Program-made: the position numbers and the translations under genes
Notes under the pieces: generated by a model
Databases searched by the model: none
Seen by the model: only the letters and a program-made list of their open reading frames with translations
Told to the model about the DNA's origin: nothing
Source of the DNA: Methanopyrus kandleri AV19
GTDB lineage: Archaea > JAADCQ01 > Methanopyri > Methanopyrales > Methanopyraceae
Assembly (NCBI RefSeq): GCF_000007185.1
Contig: NC_003551.1
Location: 1,110,001 to 1,142,000, forward strand
Reading direction: 5' to 3'
DNA length: 32,000 nucleotides
Shown: one piece after another, positions 23,801-31,639 of the stretch
Position numbering within the stretch: the stretch's first letter is position 1
Layout: each line of letters begins with the position of its first letter

Positions 23801-26363
23801 GCTCACCCTCCACCCACCCGAGACCGGCCGACTCTACCTCCTGGCGATCACGGCACAGGCGAAGGACGCTAGACTATACGCCGTCCTCGGGCCGGGACAG
23901 TGGGTCGAGTTGAGCCCGCCCGGGGAGGTCTGGCACGGTCACACGGTGGACGTCGTCCACCCGGGTGAGACTCGAGAGCAGTTGCCGATCGAGGCATGGC
24001 ACCGGCGGGTCCTCGTCAAGACCCCGGACGAGGCGATACCCCTGCTCCTAGCCCGCCCGGACGGTCCGAACGCGACCCCGATCGCGACCCGAGAGTCGAC
24101 TCTTAACATAATCCTACCCAAACCCGCGGACGCCGTGTACTTGCTGTACCTAGCGACCGATTACGAGGAGGCGAGCACGCCGCCCACGCTACCCCTACTC
24201 GCCCTCCTCGACGATGGGAAACTAACCGGGACACTCGTCCGGATCGCTCCCGCGGATCGGAAGCCCTCGGACCTCCTACCCGCCCTCGCCTGGGCCGAAC
24301 CACTCGTCGAGGAGGGTGAGGACCTCACCGTCCGACAGGCACCCGTCATCACGTGGGATCGCGTGTATAAGCCCACGGGGACGGTAGTGCTCGAGGGTCG
24401 GACCGCCTGGCTGCTCGAGCTCAAGCCCGAGCACGGGAGGATCAAGGCCCTGACCTTCCTGCCCACCGACACGCGGCTCACGGTGTACCTCCTCGCCGTG
24501 ACCCTCCGCATTGGAGATTACTACTACGCGCTCGAGGGCGGGAAGACCATCCGCCCACTGGACGCGGGTGAGGCCGATACTACAATCGAGACCGCTTGGA
24601 AGCCCGAGCGCGCGCCCGAACTGCCGAGGACGTTCTCATGGCCCGGGTTCTCGGTGGACCCGGCCGAGAAACCCTACGATTATCGTCATCACGTGCGCGT
24701 GCTCGAGGACGAGGTCGTGATCACCCTCGGGGACGAGCCGGTACCGGTGCGGCTGACGGGTAGGCTGGCGCCCGTGGTACGCCGGGAGGTCGAACTACCC
24801 GAGCCCGCGGACGCGGTCTACCTGCTTTACCTGACCGGGCACGCTCCGTCCACTTCGCCGGCCCGACTCCTCGTCGAGTACGAGGACGGTGGCAGGGCGC
24901 TCGTCCTCGTCAATCTAGCGAGCGAGGTGGGATTGTACGAGAGTCCGGCTCGAACCGTGAGTGCGTGGGTTAGGCCCGTCCTCGGTTGGCACAACGGGGC
25001 GCCTACAGTGGTCCAACAGCCCGCGCTCGAGCTCGAACGCGATGATGGTAAGAGAGTACGCGCTTGGTTCCTCAAGGTCCAAGCACCACCCGGTCAGAGG
25101 ATCAAGAAGCTCGTCCTCCTAGACCGACCACCACGAGCCCGAGCCTGGCTCCTAGGACTAACGTACCGGGTTGGGAGTGAATACTACGCGCTGTTAGAAC
25201 CGGGTAAAGGCGAGTTATTGGACGAGCTCAAGGTGAGGGTTAAGCTCGGTGACCAGGCGATCGACCTCACCGAGCCTAGCCTATTGCTAATCCACACGAC
25301 CCGAGAAGACTTAGAATACTCGATCATCGACTTGAGAAACCCGGTATTACCCCCGGAGTGGAAGCGAGCACCACCGGTTAGTGAGGTCACCGTGGAGTAC
25401 GGTCCTAGAATACTGCGCACTGTCAAGCTAGAAGGCGAGTCCTACCTAGCGGTATTATGCCTACCACCCGGGTTCGAGTACTCCCCAGAGGACTTTACCA
25501 AATGGGCCCAAGCACTAGCCGAGCTCAAGGATAGGGTTAAACAAGATGAGAAAGATGAGAAATTAGCCCTAGTAGTGCTAACGAGCTCACTACCGATCCT
25601 CGAAGCTTATTACTACGATCAGGTGATAAGCAAGCTCTGTGAGGATTACAAGGCGAGTTGGGTTAGGATATTACCCGGTGTGATCATCGCGCAGGTTACG
25701 ATCGAGAAACGGAGTGATAACAAAGTCCGACTGGGACTCTCCCTGGACACGCCTACCGTCCTACTCGGGGTTGAATTTTACGCGGACCCGGTGACACAAC
25801 GAGCACTCAACACTAGGGCTTCGATACTAACACAAGTCATTGAGAACTATGTAGTTTCCAAAATCACCGGAGAACCGTACTATAGTGAGGAAGAATGGGC
25901 TTTATTACCTGATAATGTTAGACAAGATTTGGAGAAAATACTGAAGGAGCTAGGAGTAGAACCACACGGGGAGACTAACAAACAATCCTCAATACAAGAA
26001 CTGATAGAAGGAGAAATACCAGAATACAACCCAACAACAGGAACGATAGAAATAGAGGTAGAAAAGAAGAAAGGAGTAGCAGGTGTTGCGTTATGGTTGA
26101 TATCTACGTGGCTTTCCTTAATCGATGTCGCTTCAAGTCCTCCTCATGAGTGGTGGGAATGGTTCCTTTTAGGTTTAAGTATGGGGGTTATTGGTTGGCT
26201 TGGAACAATCCATATTGGATTTGCAATTATTTCAATTGGGATTTCTATATTCATCATATGGTACGAATATCGCGAATACGGTTCTACTCCATCCCCGTTT
26301 GGATGGGCTAGTTTAGCAATATCCATCGGGTCGACTATTAAGGATATCATGAAGATGTTATAA
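20802..26363 (+). CDS. Giant secreted surface protein 2 (1853 aa) with a multi-TM C-terminus
   Basis: One uninterrupted 5.6-kb ORF. GTG 20802 (or GTG 20814) overlaps the stop of giant gene 1 (20819-20821). The signal peptide is 'RLLPVVLFLALVSVVPVGVQAQS'. It carries one module of the giant-1 type, then five tandem modules of a second type. The AT-rich 3' end encodes 3-4 TM helices ('VALWLISTWLSLI', 'WFLLGLSMGVIGWLGTIHIGFAIISIGISIFIIW'). Confidence 0.9.
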   Translation: MGRAVSRLLPVVLFLALVSVVPVGVQAQSFKVWVEVEPSVHTFLGASVYLVDNEHKALYSLGEYSTVMEKSKQQTQPRPLYPKDRSEPLGELDLDALGVAVSCWFGGVGCSDDRTMRTLLQVLEMDDEVRARVLGNVCPTLTMFGNVPVHVTECRVERTENTLTFKFTHYGITVRIVKSELKVQVTDYGRDWLLLHVEPPSSGKLSIEENGETLAFHTLTSDGTLSGPYTVLEVEEGRPLDLVVKDLEPGEKSALDVVLEDDLGITVRKRVEYALPLVNIESLTVEPGNPLRVKLRLSVKNTMVKRITVRVVDCTTGGVLTERAFDVGLSEGEHELEYSIETPNTTDPLAVFAAIEYDHGTTLEGEKFEPVETPAQDFTTIVPSTGTPEVMLDVETPERAHLGLPVEMTVHVRLGRIPLSTGEIRVTTEDGKTLARTTVSNGEARMLILPTHTGDVELHIEYYLGSRKLAERELTLHVSNEFHGFTADIVSPGNLGSLGYDLRGSYIPERKYPAKDEPMLYIYRTWWDEYYPFLVQPADRPNALLANGLKITLPEPADTVYMLTLPVRVHYPIRVTIEDSSGERVTRKLWWLNWDWQWWWDHGWSVYHLRLTARDLGLKDITELEFDVPNGLLWILALTYRSGDAYKALIEPGKGVTLYREPGPVEIELEGWPAGSDHEVVWRKVGDEWIPFYLCPKDHPNALPADHLLLHIPHDADRAYILLYAREDTTAEYGILTLKTTVPLELPWKSNVPRSDDFDHLAVLEIPCKPSSLARSRGRVLLVNAPNAYVIAITYHLGDKYEAHAPDGEKITLTSKDLPHYHNANILRETIDSEEHGLPPELWHEGVAYHWLPVPGTVLHVQIPFYLAPKDAENAIKVENDLKIQLPEGTKAVYLLYIATDQRDPKDRPASKYHLEITLDDGRTVQAIVLLPDYLALTRDPSTALLAMDYARTNPTGLILITQRPAWHLPVLLKDDQPEEAHAYAWVLTIATGEEHTIRELTLHPPETGRLYLLAITAQAKDARLYAVLGPGQWVELSPPGEVWHGHTVDVVHPGETREQLPIEAWHRRVLVKTPDEAIPLLLARPDGPNATPIATRESTLNIILPKPADAVYLLYLATDYEEASTPPTLPLLALLDDGKLTGTLVRIAPADRKPSDLLPALAWAEPLVEEGEDLTVRQAPVITWDRVYKPTGTVVLEGRTAWLLELKPEHGRIKALTFLPTDTRLTVYLLAVTLRIGDYYYALEGGKTIRPLDAGEADTTIETAWKPERAPELPRTFSWPGFSVDPAEKPYDYRHHVRVLEDEVVITLGDEPVPVRLTGRLAPVVRREVELPEPADAVYLLYLTGHAPSTSPARLLVEYEDGGRALVLVNLASEVGLYESPARTVSAWVRPVLGWHNGAPTVVQQPALELERDDGKRVRAWFLKVQAPPGQRIKKLVLLDRPPRARAWLLGLTYRVGSEYYALLEPGKGELLDELKVRVKLGDQAIDLTEPSLLLIHTTREDLEYSIIDLRNPVLPPEWKRAPPVSEVTVEYGPRILRTVKLEGESYLAVLCLPPGFEYSPEDFTKWAQALAELKDRVKQDEKDEKLALVVLTSSLPILEAYYYDQVISKLCEDYKASWVRILPGVIIAQVTIEKRSDNKVRLGLSLDTPTVLLGVEFYADPVTQRALNTRASILTQVIENYVVSKITGEPYYSEEEWALLPDNVRQDLEKILKELGVEPHGETNKQSSIQELIEGEIPEYNPTTGTIEIEVEKKKGVAGVALWLISTWLSLIDVASSPPHEWWEWFLLGLSMGVIGWLGTIHIGFAIISIGISIFIIWYEYREYGSTPSPFGWASLAISIGSTIKDIMKML
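22250..25215 (+). repeat. Five tandem modules (about 160-225 aa each) of an unassigned repeat in giant protein 2
   Basis: Each module has 'W...PF.L.P.D.PNA....L.I.LP.PADAVYLLY' and ends in '.LLA(L/I)TY..GD.Y.AL..PG'. Landmarks are PADTVYMLTL (about 22470), HDADRAYILLY (about 22950), EGTKAVYLLY (about 23470), KPADAVYLLYL (about 24125) and EPADAVYLLYL (about 24805). Confidence 0.65.
25035..26075 (+). repeat. Right arm of the roughly 1-kb inverted duplication (partner about 14645-15695 on the minus strand)
   Basis: The nucleotide and protein alignment to the left copy was done by eye. Most codons are identical. One tract is perfectly identical for 68 nt (25452-25519 equals the reverse complement of 15196-15263). 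Confidence 0.85.
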
Positions 26364-27101
26364 ATGATATATTATAATGACGCCACTGGTAGTGCTTTGG
26401 GTGGTGTTCTCATGAGCGTTCGAACCGTGTCACTGCTCACGTTGTTGTTACTGATTGCACCGGTGGCAGCTGATATCCCACCTCACGCCTCCGAGAAGGA
26501 GCTGGAGGATCCGAACTGGTGGTGGGAACATCATCGGGGACCCGTTTGGGCGACCCGGTACCCGGAAGTCTGGAACAAGATCGTGCTCAAGTACGAGGAT
26601 CCGGAAGATCGGGAGAAGGTCTCGAAGTTAGGAGAGGCACTCCGTCATCCCCCGAGAGGGTTTGAGCTTTGGATATGGTTCATACTGGGGATGGCGTTAG
26701 TGCTACCGCCTGCCTCGCGAGTCGGATTTCTTAAGTTCTTTAAGTACAAGACGTGGGAGGCTCCTGAGTGGCTGATCCAATACTGTGGGACGATAATCCT
26801 GAGTATGGCCTACCTCGCGATCATCGCGATGGGTAGGGCTTACGTCCTCAATTGTTCCGTGTACTACGTGATGATCGGGAAGCTCAGTGAGGCTTACCGG
26901 ACGTTTTACCTATGGACGGCGTACGCCGAGCCGTTCCTTCTAGCATTCAACGCGGCTATACCGTTGATCCTAGTGTCCAAGCTCGAGTTGCCGTACCGTC
27001 GGCTTAAGGCGGGTATCCTGATCGCGTGGCTGGCGTCTCTGGTGCTGAACGTTCACATGCACTCCGAAAGTCTCACACTGTTATCGACCCTCGGGGGATG
27101 A
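26364..27101 (+). CDS. Signal-peptide 4-TM membrane protein with a Trp-rich ectodomain (paralog 1); likely start ATG 26412
   Basis: The ORF starts directly after the giant-gene stop. The in-frame ATG 26412 gives signal peptide 'MSVRTVSLLTLLLLIAPVAADIPP'. Next comes 'DPNWWWEHHRGPVWATRYPEVWNKIVLKYEDPEDREKVSKLGEAL', followed by four hydrophobic helices. Confidence 0.75.
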   Translation: MIYYNDATGSALGGVLMSVRTVSLLTLLLLIAPVAADIPPHASEKELEDPNWWWEHHRGPVWATRYPEVWNKIVLKYEDPEDREKVSKLGEALRHPPRGFELWIWFILGMALVLPPASRVGFLKFFKYKTWEAPEWLIQYCGTIILSMAYLAIIAMGRAYVLNCSVYYVMIGKLSEAYRTFYLWTAYAEPFLLAFNAAIPLILVSKLELPYRRLKAGILIAWLASLVLNVHMHSESLTLLSTLGG

Positions 27102-27104
27102 TGG

Positions 27105-27752
27105 TTGGGCCACTCGGTAGTTCTAGCACTATCGATCATCTTCGTCGTCGCGCTGTGCCCATGCCATGCGGGGTCGTGGAGCGTCGATCCCGAGATCGTC
27201 GAGCATCCGTGGTTGTGGAACCGGTACGTGGTCAGTAAGTACCACGATCCGGTCGAACGGTCGAAGGTGGTCGGTCTCCGAGAGGAGCTGCTGGATTACC
27301 GGAAGGCGCGCGTGACGGTGGTATTCCTGTGTACGGGCGTTTGGGTCATCGGGATCGCACTCCTACTGGTGAAGAACAGGAGGGCCCCCAAGGAAGCGTT
27401 AACGGAACACTTCTTCCGGTTGGCGTCCCCACTGGGCTTCGCCGGTCTCGCCATCGTTATAGCATCGATTGGGGAGTTCAACGCACTCCTCGCTCTGTCC
27501 AAGGGTGAGGGTTATCGGGTTGCGGTCGAGACGATCCGCGCGTACGGCGTGTACGGGCCCGCGGTGATCGCCCTATTAGCGATCGCCGTAATACTCGTGA
27601 CGGTATCCCGGCGTGCTCCGAAGGTCGACCTACCCTTCCTACCCAAGACGGGCTTACCCCTCAGCAGGGTATCGGCCATCATAGCCTGGACGTCGGTACT
27701 ACTCACGTCCGCGCTCATAATCTCGTACACCGTAGAACTGTTCTCAAGGTAG
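27105..27752 (+). CDS. Signal-peptide 4-TM membrane protein (paralog 2 of 26364..27101)
   Basis: TTG 27105 lies 5-6 nt after 'GGGGGAT'. The signal peptide is 'MGHSVVLALSIIFVVALCPCHAGS'. The segment 'VEHPWLWNRYVVSKYHDPVERSKVVGLREEL' aligns with the paralog-1 ectodomain, and the four-helix architecture is the same. Confidence 0.75.
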   Translation: MGHSVVLALSIIFVVALCPCHAGSWSVDPEIVEHPWLWNRYVVSKYHDPVERSKVVGLREELLDYRKARVTVVFLCTGVWVIGIALLLVKNRRAPKEALTEHFFRLASPLGFAGLAIVIASIGEFNALLALSKGEGYRVAVETIRAYGVYGPAVIALLAIAVILVTVSRRAPKVDLPFLPKTGLPLSRVSAIIAWTSVLLTSALIISYTVELFSR

Positions 27753-27774
27753 ATCGCGCGATAGACTGCGACGG

Positions 27775-28991
27775 ATGACGACAGGGGGTGGGATCATCGG
27801 TGGTCGACGGGCATCCCGTCGGGTTAAGAGGCCGTGGGATTGGTACGAGAGGGCTAACTTAACGACGTACGTTATCGTCGGCATGATGTTCGCGATCCTG
27901 ATCGCGTGTAACTGGCGGGAATTCGCGCCTCTCACCCCTATGGCCGTGGGATTCTTCCTCGCGGCATTGTGGATAGTCGGTACTAGGACACACCCGAATC
28001 CAGGAGATCTGAGGCGTCTTGACTTGCGTACGGTCTATTATCGCACGGCCTCAGCCTGTCACCCGGACTGGTACTGACCGCGCTCGCGGTACCCGTGATC
28101 GTGGTCATAACCGCCGCGATATCACTCCAACCGAAGGCTTCTCACGCCACGCTCGCTGCTACCGAGTTCCTTATACTAATCCTCGCCCTCAGCGCCGTGA
28201 ACTACGTCCTCTTACCGTTGTTGGGTTTCGGTGCCGTCTGGGTCTTCAGGGTGGGAAAGAGGCTCTACCTGGTCTCCCTCGGGTACTGCGAGGGTGAGAC
28301 GATCCTCGAGCCGGGTGTGGAGGTCGAACTCTCGGGGTTCCAGGTCCTCGCGGAGTTCCCCCTGGAGTCGGAGTACCACGGTCGATTGTGGATCAGGATC
28401 GGGTACTTCCCACCGGGGATCCACTGGGTCGAGTTACCCGAGCGCGGTTTCTTCTTCCTCCGAACCCGGGGCGTGTGTGCGCTGCGGGACCCGTACCTGC
28501 CCCGGGACGACGAGGGAGCCCTCGAGATGGCCCGCTTCCTGGAGAAACTCTCGATGGTGTACGCGGCCGTGTGCTTAGAGGAAGGGGGCCCGAACCCCGG
28601 GCGCGCGCGGAAGATCATGAAACACGTGAAGAACAACTCCAGGTGGGGAACGACGGTGAGGTACTTCGGGGTCAAGGTGCCGCTCGGGCGGTTCACCACC
28701 AGTCAGTCGACCACCGTAACGGTGGCCGTATTGGTGGCCCTCTCGCTGGTGTCGGCACTCGCGAGGGGTGAGCCGCTGGGGCCGATGGGCGCACCGATCC
28801 TCGTCCTTTCCTGGCTGTTGGCATGCGTGCTGCTGGCCCTACCGGTGGCCTGGCGCAACAGGAGGGCGGTCAAGACCGGACGCTGGTACCGGGTGATCTT
28901 CGAGCGCCACCGCGTGGAAGAGGCTATCGACAAGGCACGGGACTGGAACTGGTTCCCCGACCTCGAGAGGGTCGACCCACTAGAGGATTGA
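27775..28991 (+). pseudogene. LGYCE-domain membrane protein, paralog B, split by a frame change near 28062-28066
   Basis: ORF 27775..28077 supplies the N-terminal two TM helices. Its 'RTVYYRTASACHP' aligns with 'RTLMWYPTASFDR' of paralog C. The protein continues in another frame, open from 28023 ('...GLVLTALAVPVIVVITAAISLQP...'), into ORF 28095..28991, which carries 'LVSLGYCEGETILEPGVEVELSGF...LWIRIGYFPPGIHWVELPERGFFFLRTRGVCALRD...LEKLSMVYAAVCLEE'. The joined length of about 405 aa matches paralogs A and C. Confidence 0.7.
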
Positions 28992-29195
28992 TCACGACCC
29001 GAGGCCCTCGTCTCGGCACAACTGGAGGGTCAAGACCCTGTTTGACCCCCTCCCTTCCCCCTCCGAAGCCCGAGGTCCCGCTTCGCAGACCCTTCGAGAG
29101 AGCCACAAACCAGCGGAGCCGGGGGCGCTCCACGCTACGGTGGAGGTGCCGGCGCGTGGCCGCACACCAGTTGTTCGATTTGAATTCCCTTTGCG

Positions 29196-29788
29196 GTGAG
29201 TATGGAGGGGTTCCGCTTGGGTCGGGTGGTGCGAGGACTCCTCATGGCGGCGTACGTCGGCCTCTCACTCGCGATAACCTGGCCGTTCGCGTGGCGCTTC
29301 TTTCGGTGGTGCGCCCCCTACGCCCCGGCCGCGTACACGGTGTCCGAGCTGGTGATGATGGTCGGGACGTGCGGGATTCTGCGGTCCGCGATCCCCTTGG
29401 CGGCGGTGGGTTGGGGCGACGTACTCAACGTCGCGGTAGTGGCGATCTGCGCGTCTTACATCCCCTTCTGCGTGTGCTGGATCGTCTTCCGCGTCTACCT
29501 GCACTGCTGCGGGACTGCGCTCCCCGACGGCGGTTCTCTCATGACCGTCCTCGGCGCGGTCCTGCTCTCGACCACCTCGTTCCAGGTCCTGTGGAGGCCC
29601 GAAGGGCGCTGCGGAAGCTGCACGGTGAGGTGGACGTCGGCCGGGACGTGAGGCTGTTCCTCGCGGGCTTCGCCGCCATGATGGTCACCGCGACGCTCGC
29701 GGCCGTCTACACGGTCCTCCACGCGCCGCCGCAACGGGTGGCGGGTCTGGCCGGTTCCGATATCGTGTGCATCCTCCGTCCCCGCTGA
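29196..29788 (+). CDS. Cys-rich multi-TM membrane protein; the 3' part is readable only in a second frame
   Basis: ORF 29196..29651 gives 'LLMAAYVGLSLAITWPFAW...VMMVGTCGILRSAIPLAAVGW...VAICASYIPFCVCWIVFRVYLHCC'. A further TM segment 'VRLFLAGFAAMMVTATLAAVYTVLHAP' runs in another frame to stop 29788. This is either a frameshift near 29590-29610 or a separate small ORF from GTG about 29603. Confidence 0.45.
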
Positions 29789-29875
29789 CGGATCCGCGGC
29801 CCCGAGCCCGCGCTCGGGTGGTACGGGCGGGCCTACCGGGCAGCCCTTACTACTCCTTTCCTTTCCGTATTCTAA

Positions 29876-31204
29876 TTGAAGCACCGGGTCCGCCGGTTCC
29901 CCGATCCCATGAGATCGAGGGTGACCGACGGCGGGGAAGCGGCGTTGCGCGGCCTAACGCGGTTCGCGGAGCGGAGACTTCGATGGTACAGGCGGGCCTA
30001 CTGGACGCTCTGCCCGGCCGTCGTCCTCTTCACGGGTTTGGGGTGGGAAGAGGCGGGGCTATTGCTGATGGGTTTCGCGGCCTTCGCGGGGGCGTTCTAC
30101 GGGATCTACCGGGAGGAAACTGAGGGAACGTTCCCCCGATCCGAGCACTCACGCCGGGTCGGTCGCACCCTGATGTGGTACCCCACCGCCTCGTTCGACC
30201 GCGTGCTGGGAGGCCTCACCCCGACTACCTTCCTGCCACTGTTTCCCGCCCTCCTCTACTTCATCACTTCGGTCGCCCGTCACCCCGACTTTCTCCACTC
30301 TCGAATCGCGGTAGCCCTCTTCTTCCTCGGCCCTCTGCCAGTCCTACTCTACCTGGTACGGTACGAGGTCGCTTCGGCCCTCGGTTGCGTCCGGGTCCTC
30401 CGCGTTCGCGGTTCCCGGGCCCTCCTCCTCTCCCTCGGGTACTGCGAGGCCGAGTTGGTTACGGATGGAAACGTGAAGGTTTCCGGGTTTCGTGAGCTCG
30501 GTTCTTACCCGGTCGAGTACGGGGGCTTACCCGGGGACCCGCCCGGGGACTTGAGGATCCGCGTTGGTTACTTCCCGCCGGGGAAGCACGAGGTCGAGGT
30601 CCGGGATTGTGACTTCCTCTTCCTCAGGACCCGGGGCGTGTGCATGCTCTACGACTCCCGTGGACTGCCGGAGGACCGGGAGGGGGCGTTCCACCTAGCC
30701 CGGTGGTGGGAGAAGTTCTCGATGGCGTACGCGGCCCTGTGCCTGAAGGAGGGCGGACCGCCGGATCCGGGTGAGGCCGAGGCCCTGGCCGCGGGAGCCG
30801 GTGACAACGCCCGCCGGGCCCTGACCGTGACCTACTTCGGGGTCAAGTTCCCGGTCGGGAAGCTGGTCGCGAGCGAGGAGGCCATGTTAGGGGTCGTCCT
30901 CGGGATGATCCCGATAGCGACCCTGGTGCGCGATCTCCTCCCGCCCGACCTGTCGCTGCTATCCGCACCGATCGCCGCACCGCTCGCCGGGGTACTCCTC
31001 GCGTTACCCATCGCCTGGCGCAACCGACGGGTGGTCAGGACCGGGCGGTGGTACCGTCTCCTACTCCGAGGGGATCATGTGGAGAAGCTGCTCCCCAGAC
31101 TGTTGGGGGAAGATTTGTGGTCCCGGCGGGGTGGGATGATCACGACCCTGTGGAAGGTGTTCGACGTCCTCGAGCGGGAGCGTCGACAACATCCACCGTA
31201 CTGA
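29876..31204 (+). CDS. LGYCE-domain membrane protein, paralog C
   Basis: 442 aa, or starting from ATG 29909. It has four N-terminal TM helices, then 'LLSLGYCEAELVTDGNVKVSGFRELGSYPVEYG...DLRIRVGYFPPGKHEVEVRDCDFLFLRTRGVCMLYD...REGAFHLARWWEKFSMAYAALCLKE'. Then come 'YFGVKFPVGKL', two TM helices and 'LALPIAWRNRRVVRTGRWYR', which is shared with paralog B. Confidence 0.8.
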   Translation: MKHRVRRFPDPMRSRVTDGGEAALRGLTRFAERRLRWYRRAYWTLCPAVVLFTGLGWEEAGLLLMGFAAFAGAFYGIYREETEGTFPRSEHSRRVGRTLMWYPTASFDRVLGGLTPTTFLPLFPALLYFITSVARHPDFLHSRIAVALFFLGPLPVLLYLVRYEVASALGCVRVLRVRGSRALLLSLGYCEAELVTDGNVKVSGFRELGSYPVEYGGLPGDPPGDLRIRVGYFPPGKHEVEVRDCDFLFLRTRGVCMLYDSRGLPEDREGAFHLARWWEKFSMAYAALCLKEGGPPDPGEAEALAAGAGDNARRALTVTYFGVKFPVGKLVASEEAMLGVVLGMIPIATLVRDLLPPDLSLLSAPIAAPLAGVLLALPIAWRNRRVVRTGRWYRLLLRGDHVEKLLPRLLGEDLWSRRGGMITTLWKVFDVLERERRQHPPY

Positions 31205-31307
31205 CCTACACCTGGTGGTACTCAGAACCACGTCCCGAGTCGTTCCGATTTCTAGCCCATGGAGTCGACGTCACGGGGGAGGAGTAACGCAAGGGAGATC
31301 CGACGTG

Positions 31308-31312
31308 TTTTT
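31308..31312 (+). terminator. Oligo-T tract, a possible archaeal terminator after 29876..31204
   Basis: A T5 run lies about 100 nt downstream of the stop. It is followed by an AT-richer 'cttaaatt' that could serve the next gene. The evidence is weak. Confidence 0.25.
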
Positions 31313-31639
31313 CCGAAACGAAAAGTCTTAAATTCCGTCGAGTAGATGCCTACTGGGAGGGGGTCGGGACGTTCCGGTCCGCCGTCCGGTTCGTCCTGGT
31401 GCCCCTCTTCGTCCCGGCTCCGGCGTGGGACGGCACTGGACCCGGGTGCAAACGATCCCGCGGAAGCCGTCGCGGACGATGATCCGGCCGCCGAGGTCGT
31501 GGGTGGTATCACGCCGTCGCCTCGCTGGCGACCGGGTACGCGATGCAGGTGGCCCTCGAGAAGTCGCCGAACCCCACCATGGCCGTACTGGCGTCTGGGA
31601 TCAGCGCTCTAAGCCTGGTCGGGGCCTCCATAGCTCGCG

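Noticed and set aside
14451-26075. Diversity-generating retroelement (template/variable repeat) as the explanation for the two near-identical arms
   Set aside because: Differences between the arms involve all base types and are spread over synonymous sites, not adenine-specific. No reverse transcriptase is encoded in the window.
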